Assembly: GCA_003990765.1 (NCBI GenBank)
Contig: RBNJ01000046.1
Location: forward strand, 1-47,523
Direction: 5' to 3'
Length of the DNA stretch: 47,523 nt
DNA from: Jimgerdemannia flammicorona
Taxonomy: Eukaryota
The translations under genes and the position numbers were made by a program. Below, piece by piece: positions 1 to 11,613 of this stretch. The first letter of the stretch is position 1, and every line of letters starts with the position of its first letter. The notes under the pieces were generated by a model, which searched no databases, was not told where the DNA came from, and saw nothing but the letters and a program-made list of their open reading frames with translations.

Positions 1-356
1 AAAAAAAAAAAAAAAAATTAAATGTGCCAGCCTTTGTGTTTAATTATGGTCAGATAGCGAGACTAACACGGGGTATACCAGCCACTGACCATCGACTTCA
101 CACACGACAACCGTCCGATTCAATTACAGAGGAAACAGAGGAATATGGCAGACTCCCCATTTCACGGCGGGTCTTTTTCGCAAGAAAATCCCCACCTTTC
201 TCATAAGAAGAGGTAAGAACTTCTTTTCTCAGAGTCATCGTGCAGTGGCTGAATATATAAGTCAAGCATTGACCTATAGCTCTGCAGACCGTCAGTAGGG
301 TCGTCAGTGGAAGGACATAAATTCCGGGATCGAAGTCAAGTTGTTGATCGTCTTGT

Positions 357-388
<32 letters not shown>

Positions 389-1363
389 GGTGTCTTGCAT
401 TAACGTGACACTAAGCATAGCTTCGTTCATTTTCTAAGGACCACTATTTCTGGCGGCGTAGGTATCCAGGTCTCCAACGAAATATAGGGATCAAAAGAGA
501 GCCAAGTCGTCGGAGCACAAAGAAGGTAAAGGCGGCCGAGGCCAAGGTGCGCGAGGGTCATTCTTAGTCCATCGCCGATTACGAGTCAAACAAATTTCCG
601 CTCATGTTTTATTTTATTTCCCCTTCATTGCGTCCGTTTTCTCGAATAATTTCAAGTCGGGTTAGCCAGCATCAAAGCTACCACTCAAAAACACAAAATT
701 GAAGCATGGAATGGCGTGAGGCAGGATAACGGAGGTGCCGGATATACTGGCGCGGAGGGCCTAGGTTGGAATTGTCCCCCATTTTTTCAATGGCCCCCGA
801 GATGGGATTAGATTTTATTGCTCATTCCCACCTAAGGTCGGTGGTAGTTTTGGTTCGATCACAGGAGGATTGTAAAATTTGTTGACCACTACTCGTTCCT
901 GTTATATCATCTTGTTCCGTTCAATGGTGAGCAGCGCACATCTGTAGAAATAGACTCCTACATTCTCCTTTTCCTCTTTTGCAATTAATGAAAGTTGCTG
1001 GTGCGAGCATCACACTTGGTCGATGAGGGTCTTTGGTGTCATCCCATCACATTCAAACCTCTTTAGCACTTTGAATGTCATTATTCAATTTGCAGTTGAC
1101 AGGTATATACACATGATTTTCTTACCTTCCATTGGAACTTCAGCTGCTGTGAAGCAGTCAATCCATCGGATATTGGTTGTCACAAACATCTTGCCCACAA
1201 GAGAAATTAATTTTTCCTTGTATCTTGAAATGACGCCGCTGCTGTTGTTCAACATTGAAAATCCTATAAAGTCTCCACTCTGCGACCTCCCAACACACAC
1301 ACACACACGTTTCAGTCCACCAGAGAGTCAGAAACGTCTTCCACGAACGCCTTTTCCAAATTC

Positions 1364-4013
1364 ATGAGCCGTACGTTCGAAGTCGAAGTCAATAACGTCA
1401 ACGGCATCGTCAACCCCACCACCATCTCGGCGCACCTGAACATACTCGCTCTGTTCAAGCGACTCGAGTACACAACAGAAAAACCCTCGACATGGCCTTC
1501 ATCGTTCGCGCTGAGCTGCGCTACGTCAAGTGGATGAATGCACTTAACGAGCAAAAACCTGATGTGATGCCAGTGCCACCCATTGGTAAGCCATGGATCG
1601 AACTAGCATTTCGCATCTTCAGTGTTTCAACGCAACTCATAATTTATGCGGAACTGATCGTGTATACTTTAGATGTCGCCATGATATGGCACACCCATTG
1701 CCTCAGCCCATTCGCTACTACGATGACATATTTCGCCTGTACAAGTCCCATATGCTTGGATATGAATTGCCAGTAGTCAGGATCTACGTATCAATTTCCT
1801 ATATCCCACTGCTCCTGCATCGCTTCGTATTACCCCTTTCCACCATGCCTACCCATATCATAGGCCGACGTGGCGATGCAAGGATATGATGCTGCCGACC
1901 CTGAGTCTGAAGAGTGGTGGAATCAGAACATCGGCGATAATGAGCCCTACGTGCTCGTGCAAAATCTCCAAGCGACCAGCTACCACTTCAATGCCCGTGG
2001 TGCAACGAGATTGCCGAGATCTCTTGGTACATGTCCTTTCAAGACAACACCTTTCGGGATCGTTTGTTCGAACCGCAGGGGTTCATCCTCGCCCCTTGTT
2101 TTGATTCGATAATATTATTCGGCTAATTTTCTTGATTATTAGGGAAACATACGCCGAGATGAAAGTCGTGCGGGGTAAAAGCTTCAAGTGCGCTAACTGT
2201 CCCCATTTTCGTACACTACAATATCAACAACCTGTAGCGGCTCGCTCGTCAATCCCAAAGGCAGCACTGTGGCGGATAGGAAACAAGCCGAATATGACCT
2301 CACTATCCTGTTCCAGGACAACGCTAACATGGAAAAGGCAATCTCGGGATCCTACAAGGACACTAACTGCCAGTAGAGCGTGGTCATGGCTTCACTCCGC
2401 TCAGCCACGGGGGAAAGGGGAAGTTCGTCAAAGTGAGTAGCAAGATGGAATCGCCATCGCCCTGATATTCGGAAACGTTATCTTACGTTAACCGTCACAT
2501 TACTTACCCTCACACCGTTGCGTCGTCCCATGAAAGCCATCCCCCCTCGTACATGGGCATTATCACGCCCTCCTCAATCGACCTTATTGCAGCGGTGATG
2601 CGGCAGCGCGGTTTCACCGACAAGATGGTCAGCATGCAGTGGAACCCAGTGGAGGAAATTCCGCGGCCGTGGCGCGCTACAACAAATTCTTGCACCTGAT
2701 GGTCGTGGAACCGAAAGGCTGCATGGTGCCGACGCTGGATATTGGTGGGTGAATGTATTGGTGCTGTGTTGTTGTGATCAGTTTCACGTGCGGCATCATT
2801 GCCAATCCATCTTATAGACATTTCCTGGCACACACATATGCTCTTCCATAGCAAGTACCGTGTGTACACCTCCTCTCTGTTTCGCGGTAGAATGCTGAAT
2901 CATGACGATACCGTGGGCTCAGTGATTTGGATGCAGGTAAGCTTTGGTATTTCCCTCCTCTTCGTGATTGATATACACAAGGAAGCATTACTAACCTTCG
3001 ATTTTTGTGTATATCCATCATCACCAGGTTTGAAAAAAGACAGCGTCTTTGCGGCTTAAGATGTATAAAGAGTCGTATACCACTGGTAAGTAACCTCCAC
3101 CGAAAGAACGTTCGTGGTGGTTTACCAACCAATCCTGATCTCCACTTCCTATCCCACTCATTCAGATGACCTCCAAAAGAATCCGTACTCAGGTCCCGGG
3201 TGATCAAAAGCACCTTCTTCCCCCGTATGTGGCATCGGTCGCAGAAGCCGAAGGAGAAGGACAGCGAGGGCGAGAAAAGTGGTAACAACGACAACACGTT
3301 GGACGCCCCGGACGTGTATTTCGGGAATTTAAGCGGGGATGACAACATCGGGCCTGTCTCGGTAGACGACCAGCATCGGCCCACGGGGCAGGGTCACCGC
3401 CATGACACAGACAAAGGCGGGGTGGCGGCGGGCGCGAATGCCGATGAGCAGAAGCACATAGACCATGCGCATGAAGGGAATAAGAGGCATGTGGCCGTAC
3501 CGGTGGCAAATTCCGTGGAGCATAATAGGTGAATTTTGGGTTGGCATGGTGGGGTAGGGAAACGATAGGCCTAAAACACATCATACTCATTTTGTTTCCA
3601 CGATTCTCCATCCGATGAGAAGCCCGAACGGTGTTTACGTCCACAGCTACTGGATATATAGCCCAAGTAGGTATCGCTCCATCTCGCACCCTTTTCATCC
3701 TGGTCCTCACTCCCTTCACCCTATCATTCCAAACTACCCACCCTCTAACCCTACCACCCACTCATCCCTCTCAGTCGTGATTTTCACTGGTGGCAACTGT
3801 TCGACTTGGTCCGGCCACAATCCCATCGGCACGGCCAATAGCGCGTACGGGAGTTCGACGACAATCTCCTCGTCAAACGACACCAGCGGCTCGGCCTACA
3901 CGACGAACGCGAGCGCGTGCGTGTCTGCTAGCCATCAGCTCATAGCTCACACAACGCCGGTAGTTCGTGCAGCAGTGGGTAGTCGTGTGGTAGTAGTTGC
4001 GGGTCGTCATTAA
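1364..4013 (+). pseudogene. Glycine-rich-domain (GRDP-like / DUF1399) gene, multi-exon, with at least four -1 frameshifts
   Basis: Manual splicing and translation gives family motifs: HLNILALFKRL, FIVRAELRYVKW, PPIDVAMIWHTHCLSP (intron 1586-1672 GT-AG), RYYDD, CPWC...CANC, DLIAAVMRQRGFTDKM, RYNKFLHLM, VPTLDIDISWHTHML, NHDD, and a C-terminal SCGSSCGSS-type tail near 3960-4013. Frame breaks at ~1480, ~1713, ~1990 and ~2665. The 3' exon structure is approximate. Confidence 0.75.
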
Positions 4014-4600
4014 CTAGTAGCGGCATGTAAAGGAGTTGCGGCTTTCTTTCTTGTATGTTGTTGTACTTATAGTGTTAATGGGTTTAGAATGTATAAGTGT
4101 TTTATCGTTCGGGTTTGTGATTACTATATATATCCATCAACAAGCGCAACGCATTGTCTGTTTAAATAAATCTCGACTTGAAGCCTTTCACAAACAGTGG
4201 TTCATAACAAGCTGCGGCATCAGTTCTGATATATAACAAAGTTTATCGGGTTGACCTACCCACACTACACAGTGATATGCTGAACGCCAGTTGCTACGAA
4301 CCGGGGCCAGGTAGCCCCGGCAATGGATGGATTTGATGGTTTCGTGAATGGCAACAATGTAATAGCATCATTGCCCAGCGTCGAGATAAATTATGAAGGG
4401 GGGGAGTTCGTGGAAATAAATATTTCGGAATGACAACAGCTAATTTCGAAGGGGCGTGTTTGTAGTAGTGGTGGGATTTCCGCGTGGTATGGGAAAAAAA
4501 AAAAGGACTCACTAATAGACTGACCACGTGGATAACCCAGGCAATGGTTCTTAGTAGCCCATTGTGGGTTTCTTTGAAAAACCGTTCTAGCATTGTTCCC

Positions 4601-4642
<42 letters not shown>
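4601..4642. repeat. (AAT)14 microsatellite
   Basis: Read directly from the sequence. Confidence 0.95.
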
Positions 4643-4646
<4 letters not shown>

Positions 4647-4879
4647 CTTGTGTGAATAATTGCCTGTACAGATGGGCAGCATGCATGCGTTGTAAGTTAT
4701 CGTTGATTGTTGTATACTAACCACCACTATGTTCAACTCCCCCGAGAATTGGACCTCTTTTGCCCCCTGTATTTCACGCTAACTTCGGGGTACCTACGCC
4801 GCCGGAAATAATGGTCAGCATGAATGGGACAAAAGATATGGAACAAGCATGGGAAAACTACCTGCGCGGACTCTGGCGA

Positions 4880-4985
4880 CTCAGTGGCACGTTGATGTAG
4901 GATCCACCTATGATTAGTCGTCGCGGACTCATGCCCGTTGATCTATGATTAGTCGTCGCGGCTCAGTGGCACATTTGATGTAGGA
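4880..4985. repeat. Short shuffled duplication (X-Y-Y-X)
   Basis: CTCAGTGGCAC..TTGATGTAGGA at 4880-4902 and 4962-4985; CTATGATTAGTCGTCGCGG at 4908-4926 and 4943-4961. Confidence 0.8.
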
Positions 4986-5412
4986 CAACGAGGCGAGGGC
5001 AAGCCAAAAAAAAAATCATTCGATTGTCAGATCGCATAGGGCGCTTCAGTTCCCAGTTTGATGAAGTAGGACAGGGTCGACAGTTTCAGCCGCTTCCCTT
5101 AAATAGATTATACGCTAGGGTATTGCATGGGTGCAAGACAGATCTAAGAACTATGGGCAACACCGCAACATAGCCGCAAGTTCAGTTTCGTGCGAAACCA
5201 TGTAAAGTAAGCATTGTATAAAATGCAACCGAAAGCCTTGTCTATCCATTGTTTCATCTGTCCAATCCCGAGACTGTATTTCGAAATTTGCGAAATTAAA
5301 TTTAAGTAGGTTTGCAACTAACCTTTAGAAAACTGTTCGTCAAACAACAATGCATGCGAAACGACTCTCTAAGGTCATACATACATCGGCACGTCTTACG
5401 TGACCATCTATT

Positions 5413-5530
5413 CGAAACCAATAGCTCTCGAAGCCAACAGCCCTCTAAACCAATAGTTTTCGAAACCAACAGCTTTATAAACGAAACCCGACAGCACTCG
5501 AAACCGACAACTCTCAAAACCAACAGCTCT
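5413..5530. repeat. Minisatellite, ~7 copies of a 16-bp unit (consensus CGAAACCAACAGCTCT)
   Basis: Units: cgaaaccaatagctct, cgaagccaacagccct, ctaaaccaatagtttt, cgaaaccaacagcttt, (ataaa), cgaaacccgacagcact, cgaaaccgacaactct, caaaaccaacagctct. Confidence 0.85.
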
Positions 5531-5602
5531 CAAATCCCGAAACATCTATTTTCCCTTCCTACCCATCCTCCTCCAACGGCTTGCATTGACAGAATTGTAG
5601 CA

Positions 5603-5785
5603 ATGCCCTGCCCTATTTGCAACAAGTGCGAACTGAAGCCAACCGGGGTAATACCGTTCTGGATATGCTGCGAATGTAAGCTCGTGGGCGTTTTCTCGGC
5701 CTTTGAAAAGTTTGAGAAAGCCATTAAGAAGAACGAAAAGAGAAACAGAGATGGCAAAAAGTTCGGAACGGTTGCTACTCGATAG
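5603..5785 (+). CDS. Possible small zinc-ribbon protein (60 aa)
   Basis: ATG at 5603 gives MPCPICNKCELKPTGVIPFWICCECKLVG... with two CxxC pairs followed by a Lys/Glu-rich tail. No family recognised. Confidence 0.3.
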   Translation: MPCPICNKCELKPTGVIPFWICCECKLVGVFSAFEKFEKAIKKNEKRNRDGKKFGTVATR

Positions 5786-6357
5786 AGGCCGAAAGTCTTG
5801 GTCTGGGACGGTGGCAGATTTAGAGTCGTATGTTTCAATAGACGCTGGTAGATGGATAGAATTTGTGGTATCTGTGAATATGTTGTCGCTTAATACATAA
5901 AGCAATGGGCCAACCCTATCACCACGATAGCGTAATTGTTGGGTTTCATAATGGCCTAATAGCGGGTATACCAGCAACTGACCGTCGAGTTCATACACGA
6001 CAAGCCAAAACGCGCCGTAATGTCCCATGAGCGAATTACAGCAGGGCGTCGGATCAAACCAGAAAATGCAAAAAAGTGTAAGGGTAATCTATGCTTTGTC
6101 TCGAAGCAGCATCAACGAACTTGTGCACTCCGGTTTCAACTTGCGGAATCACCTGCTCGAACCAGTTTGAATAAATTAAAACCCTTCCATACGGTAAAAA
6201 GACGACAAAGAAATTCATTGCGTCCCGTCACGTAGAAAAGGAGGACGGTTGTCGGAAATATACAAGTAGCTGTTATGCAAAGTAGCTTGTGGGATCATAG
6301 AACCAAATCACAGCGTGGTGATTGACTCCAAAATGCAGAAAACCCAGTTATACCTGC

Positions 6358-6399
<42 letters not shown>

Positions 6400-6747
6400 A
6401 TTTGGAAAGTGAAAAAGTAAACTATATACATCGCGTGACGTATTCGGATCCGGAAGACGTGATTGGCATGGGCCCCATGGGCATGTCTTTGCGGAGGTGA
6501 ACGGTGGACATTACGTTTGTTTTAAATACAATAAGTTGTCGGCACATCCCGCAATATGCGAATCTGTTCATGACACACTGGCTAAGTTGAATGCCCTTGA
6601 AAGTATTCCATTCCTTTGCCGGGCGTGTGCGACGAAACGGTATCCTCTTGGTCTCTCGGTAAGTTATATTTGGCCTTCGTGGTTGTAAATAAACATTTGC
6701 CCGCGCAATGTCGTTTCGAATTCGGGTCTTCTTTGTCGCATAGGATG

Positions 6748-6780
<33 letters not shown>

Positions 6781-7315
6781 GAGTAAGTCAAAATGGTTGC
6801 AAAGCATCAGTACCGCGGACGTGGCTCAAGCGTGGGAAGTTTCACACCGCTTTTCGCACCGGATTTGTCCGCTAGCGCAAGAGTTGTCTCGTGAGATGTA
6901 GCAATAAGAGGTATACATTGTACATACGGTGGTCAAGTGTCGCTGACTCTGAAAAATGAGGAGGCGTGGGTTGGGTGTGCTGGTGGTGGGTGAAGTGAAA
7001 AGGTGGAAGTTCAAAGCGAGGCGATATGTTTAGAGAATTCGGCAAAACCGAATGGTTTATGAACATACAGTTGTATGGAAATAAATTTATTATTTTTGCA
7101 ACAGTGCCAATGTCTGATGAAATGTACCGGGCTGCATAAATACTCGAAGCATCCAGCCAATGGTATAACATATATGTGGCGTATACGGTCTCTTAGGTTT
7201 GCTGAGCAGCTCCCATTCATACACCTTCCGTCATGTCTGTTTAACGCCATCCTCGCCATACATACCTCCAACCAACTAAACGCCCAGCGAGTTTACACAC
7301 GCCGGTTTCCCTCCC

Positions 7316-8578
7316 TTACTTGCGATACACCATCCCGCTTACATTCTCCAACTTCCACATCCGATTGATCCACTTCCCATTAAACCCCTTCCGCTCCAGC
7401 TCGGTCTTGACATCAATGTCCCTCCTCAACGGCCTGGTCAGATGCACTTCATTGAGCTCCTCCGAGGCAGATATGAGGCCAAGAAAGAACGTGGAAGTCA
7501 GCCCCTTGCATTTTGCGAGGCCGAGCTTGGTGAGCCGCGGCCACTCCGGCGTGGGGACGTCCTCTGTGGTGATTTGCCTGCACCCGTTGAGCTCGAGGTG
7601 GACGATGTTGGGGATGGAACGGGCGAGAAGGGAGAGGAACGCCGGGCCCTTCAAGCAGTTGAAACGGGTGATGGAGAGGACTTTGAGGTAGGGGGAGAGG
7701 GCCTCGACGAGGTTGTACACCAAGTTCGAGATCGATGTTGCGTAGTCGTCGTTCTCCAGTCGCGGGCAGACGAGCTGGAGCTCTTGGAGCGGCGGGCTCG
7801 CCTCTTGGAGCGCAATAAGGGATTGGGTAAAGGTTTCGGGGTCGTCGATTCGAAGCTGGAGCTGGCGGAGGTGCGGCCAGGAGGTAAAGACGGTGCGGAA
7901 CGGGTCCTTGTCGGAGAAGGTTACGCCTCGGAAGCTGGCAGTTTTGATTTTGGGAAGTTTGGAGAGCGCTTGGGCAACGGAGATACCACCGGTGAAGTTG
8001 TGGAGGTTGATGGATTCGAGTTCGACGAGAGTGGAGAGGAAGTCAGCTATGGCTTGCATGTCCTCCGTGGAGGGGATTGTGGATTTCTCGTGATTCCATT
8101 GCTCGAATTTGATGGAGGTGAGGCTGTGGCGGAGGGGGGAGAGTTTTTCGAAGAATGTCTTTGATGCTAGTTGCAGGTAATTGAAACTGTAGTTGGGCCA
8201 GGAGATCTCGATATCATGTAACGAGGGGAACAACGCCAAGGTAAACGCTGTTTTATCGGACAAACTCAGTTTCAAAGCCTCGTCGTCGTCTGTTTCATCT
8301 CGGCTGTATATGTGTGACAGGTCCAGAAAGACCTTATGTACCAGGCGAACGATGCGGGGTTCGGATTTGGCTGCTTCCGCAAAGAGGTTCGCTTTGCGGT
8401 GAAATTCTAAAACGTCTCCGGTGTGCACATAGTAGTTTTCGAGCGTGGTCTCGATGCGGGGCAGTACACAGTCGCACCAGAGCGGTTGTACCAGGCAGCA
8501 TGAGAGCAGGTCAATCGGTGAGTCGATAGACTCGAAGATTTGGAGAAGGGTTTCAGGAGGAAGGTATGGCGAGGACAT
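7316..8578 (-). CDS. F-box / leucine-rich-repeat (RNI-like) protein, intronless, ~420 aa
   Basis: N-terminal F-box motif LPPETLLQIFESI...LLSCCLVQPLWCDCVLPRI, then LRR-type repeats (LESINL, LRQLQL, LKVLSI, IVHLELNGC, LTKLGLAKC). The first ATG is at 8578; the ORF track starts at an upstream TTG. Confidence 0.85.
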   Translation of the reverse strand: MSSPYLPPETLLQIFESIDSPIDLLSCCLVQPLWCDCVLPRIETTLENYYVHTGDVLEFHRKANLFAEAAKSEPRIVRLVHKVFLDLSHIYSRDETDDDEALKLSLSDKTAFTLALFPSLHDIEISWPNYSFNYLQLASKTFFEKLSPLRHSLTSIKFEQWNHEKSTIPSTEDMQAIADFLSTLVELESINLHNFTGGISVAQALSKLPKIKTASFRGVTFSDKDPFRTVFTSWPHLRQLQLRIDDPETFTQSLIALQEASPPLQELQLVCPRLENDDYATSISNLVYNLVEALSPYLKVLSITRFNCLKGPAFLSLLARSIPNIVHLELNGCRQITTEDVPTPEWPRLTKLGLAKCKGLTSTFFLGLISASEELNEVHLTRPLRRDIDVKTELERKGFNGKWINRMWKLENVSGMVYRK

Positions 8579-8987
8579 GTCGGATGGCAGAAAGATTTGT
8601 GAAGGGGAAGCGCGTGTATTTTTATTCAGGGGGGCCAAGCTGCGTCGTTGGGTTGGGATAGATCCAAATCAGGACAAATATTTGGGCGATTGTGTCACAC
8701 CTTTTCCTTTGTGTTTTTTCAGGTGGCTTCGGCCCCGCCAAAGTTTGGAACTGTCACGCGACTAGTGCAAGAGTGGTTAGCTAAATATTCAGAATTCCAT
8801 TTTTTTTTTTTTTTTTTTAAAAAAAAACAAGTGTCTGACACACAATGGCTGGTATGCCGGCTAAACTCGGTGGCAAAGGTACATGTCAGGGGTAAAGGTA
8901 TATATATACATGTCAGGGGCAAAGATGCATGTCAGGACATCAGAACAAAATAGAATGTTCTGGAGAATTATTCCCAATGATCGCTGT

Positions 8988-9507
8988 TCAAACGTCGAAC
9001 ATATTCGCCGCCATTATTGCCTCCAACCCCTCAACGCCGGGGAGAACTATTTTCTCCAATCGTGGACATCCGCGCAGTACGACCTCTAAAAACGCCGACG
9101 AGGCGTCCGCTGCGCCGCTAATTCGGAGCGACCACAGCCCCGGCCAGTGGCATCGCTCTCTGCCCACGCGCCGTCGCCGCGAATACCCGCGCAATTCTCC
9201 ATTCGAGCCCGGAACCGCACGTGCCAAGAGCCGTAGGCAGTCGTCGTCAACAGACTCGTCGACTGTAAGCAGCAAGTTCTACAACCAGGAGCACCGCGTC
9301 AGGGCACGGATCACTGGGGCCGACGCGCGGAGGGCCCAAGTACGTCAGATTAGGGAGCTTAGCGACGAGGCTGGATATCGGATCCTCAGTGTTGGTCGAT
9401 TGGTGTTTGCGGGGAAGACTGGACGGCGAAGGGGTCATTGATGATAAGGCATTTAACGCGGCGGCATTGGGTGAGGACGGAGTGCATGGTCGTGCTAAGA
9501 TTGACAT
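8988..9507 (-). pseudogene. Decayed RNI-like LRR gene fragment
   Basis: LRR-like segments in different frames: SSLVAKLPNLTYL, VDDDCLRLLARAVP, WPGLWSLRISG, AFLEVVLRGCPRLEKIVL. These resemble the C-terminal half of the adjacent F-box protein. Confidence 0.5.
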
Positions 9508-10371
9508 TTGTCATGATGGGTTGAGCCTCGAGATACCAGGATGTGCACACGAGCGAGGCGGCGACGAGGTCGAGGCAAGAATTGCCCAGTCGCCCTCAAC
9601 AAGTGGAAGGTTTGGGCGAGTACCTCTAGCGGCAGTTGGGAAATCGTCGAAGAGATATACGTCGATGCTTAACTTTCAAGTTTCGTTCCACTTTCCCTCT
9701 CCGCATATTGAACAAGCCGCCGACAAAAAAGATAACGTCAGTTCCCAAACTCATGCGATATGGACTTGGCTTTGTAAACAATTGCCGACACGGGAATCAA
9801 CCAATGAATGACTGTAAAGTAAGAAAGGTCTTATTGCAATATTTCAGACAAAAAAAAAAACTTCAGGGATCCACTGAGCATACGCTAAATAAAATTACAT
9901 TGGTACACAATGCTCACTGCGCATCTCTCATATCTCACGATCCATTGAAGCGGCCCGCTCAACGGATGTTGTATGTCCGTTCATACTTTCGAGCCTCTCT
10001 CTCGAACGAATGTCAGAGAGATTAATTAGAACAATGCCTTATAACAGATTGCATCGCAAGGGAGTTTCACCGGGAAGATGCCGAGGCTATCGTAATTGTT
10101 GAAGAGAAACTCGGACATAATATTGACGACAGCAGCAAGAATGCTGGTTCAAAAGCGGCACACCAATGCCAGCTGAATGGAGGGGCTTAAACTGTTCTCC
10201 TCTTTCGATCTCTTGGTCTCACCGTAATCAAGGGAACGCAGACGCACATTAGAAGTGGATATGTAGACTCAAAACGGAGGCTCGTAACCCAGAGCCGGAC
10301 AAAGCTGCCCCGGCAAGAGCGCTCGGCCGATCGTTCGCGCTTGTTAGAACAACACCATGTTTTGGTATTCA

Positions 10372-10407
<36 letters not shown>
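10372..10407. repeat. (AAT)12 microsatellite
   Basis: Read directly from the sequence. Confidence 0.95.
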
Positions 10408-10408
<1 letters not shown>

Positions 10409-10817
10409 TACAACCCAGTGGAAGCCTACGTTGGAATTAGATATTTGCACAGATTTTACTTGGCTATACCGGTGCAGGAACCGCACCACCTCGACCTTGC
10501 CAGCGGGACTTGGGATGAATGCAATAGGTGGCTTTTGCCACATACGACCTTGTCCCGTTGTGCGTTACCAGGAACGTTCTATACTTTACTACTTTACTAT
10601 CTTCCGTCGCATGGTCAAAGTACGTAGGAAACACAAGGCAGGCACATTTCCTGTATGTCTGTAACCACGCTACATGCATTTGAAGCTGCATAGAACGCCA
10701 ACGCACGAGCTAGTGAAGTTAATAAGAAAAGACAACACAACAAGAGAGAAAAGGAAGCTTTTGAGGGTAAATGAACAGTTTATCTGTAGCAAGATGGATA
10801 AAACCAAACACGATGCT

Positions 10818-10852
<35 letters not shown>

Positions 10853-11613
10853 TGACATGAACGAATCACGATCCAGTTCAGAGCCTAGTCGCAAAGCCTC
10901 CACATCACAGGGAATGTGCGAATGCCGGTCTCCCAAGATGTGTTGTCGATCCTCCGCGCGATTCCGCATGGCATCACCTTTTTTTTCAGCTGACAATAAT
11001 GTTCTTTATATGTCGGATAAGGTTGTGCATACTCCATTTTTTCAGGTCAAGAAATACTAAGCCAACCAAGCCAATATCAAAGCTGAATGTCTTGTTTTGA
11101 TCTTTGTAGACCGGTTATTTTTCTGCCTTTGCACCATCATCACCGTGATCGAATTACCTTATGACATGATTTTAGCATATCGCGTAATGCCAGTTTATTG
11201 AGAGCATGGAACGGGCAATTGATTTCTCGATTTTCTTTGCGCTACGTGTGTGGGATGACGCTACTGAATCAGAACAATCCCAATAATTTTTCGACATACA
11301 AAACATCAAAATCTATAGATGTCGAGGATGTGGGACTTGCATTGACCGTGATTACAATGAAGCTCGTGGGATCCTCCTACGGGCATTGCTTGGAGCCGTT
11401 GTCATGCTATAAGAACATGGTAATGCTAGTCATACTGGTGATTTTTAAGAGTTGCTTGGAATTATCTAGTATTGATGTAATGAATACATCCGTACAATGA
11501 CATGATAATGAATTGCTCAGAAAATGCAAGAAAAAAAGAAGAAAAAAACAGTCCGAAAAGTAAAATAAACCCTTGCTCATGTTTCCGTAAAAGTCGTGAT
11601 ATATTTCTCCAAA

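Noticed and set aside
4294-4720. Poly-Leu and poly-Asn ORFs (and poly-Lys/Phe/Tyr ORFs elsewhere)
   Set aside because: Artefacts of (AAT)n and homopolymer runs.
5413-5530. CRISPR-like array
   Set aside because: Units are contiguous with no unique spacers, there are no cas genes, and the context is eukaryotic.
7442-8164. 240-aa plus-strand ORF
   Set aside because: Antisense shadow of the GC-rich F-box CDS; no motifs.
8579-8638. N-terminal extension of the F-box ORF
   Set aside because: It begins at TTG; the first ATG (8578) sits just before the F-box motif.
9900-11500. Coding potential between the LRR relic and the MOT1 3' end
   Set aside because: Only short ORFs with no recognisable motifs or consistent splice model.
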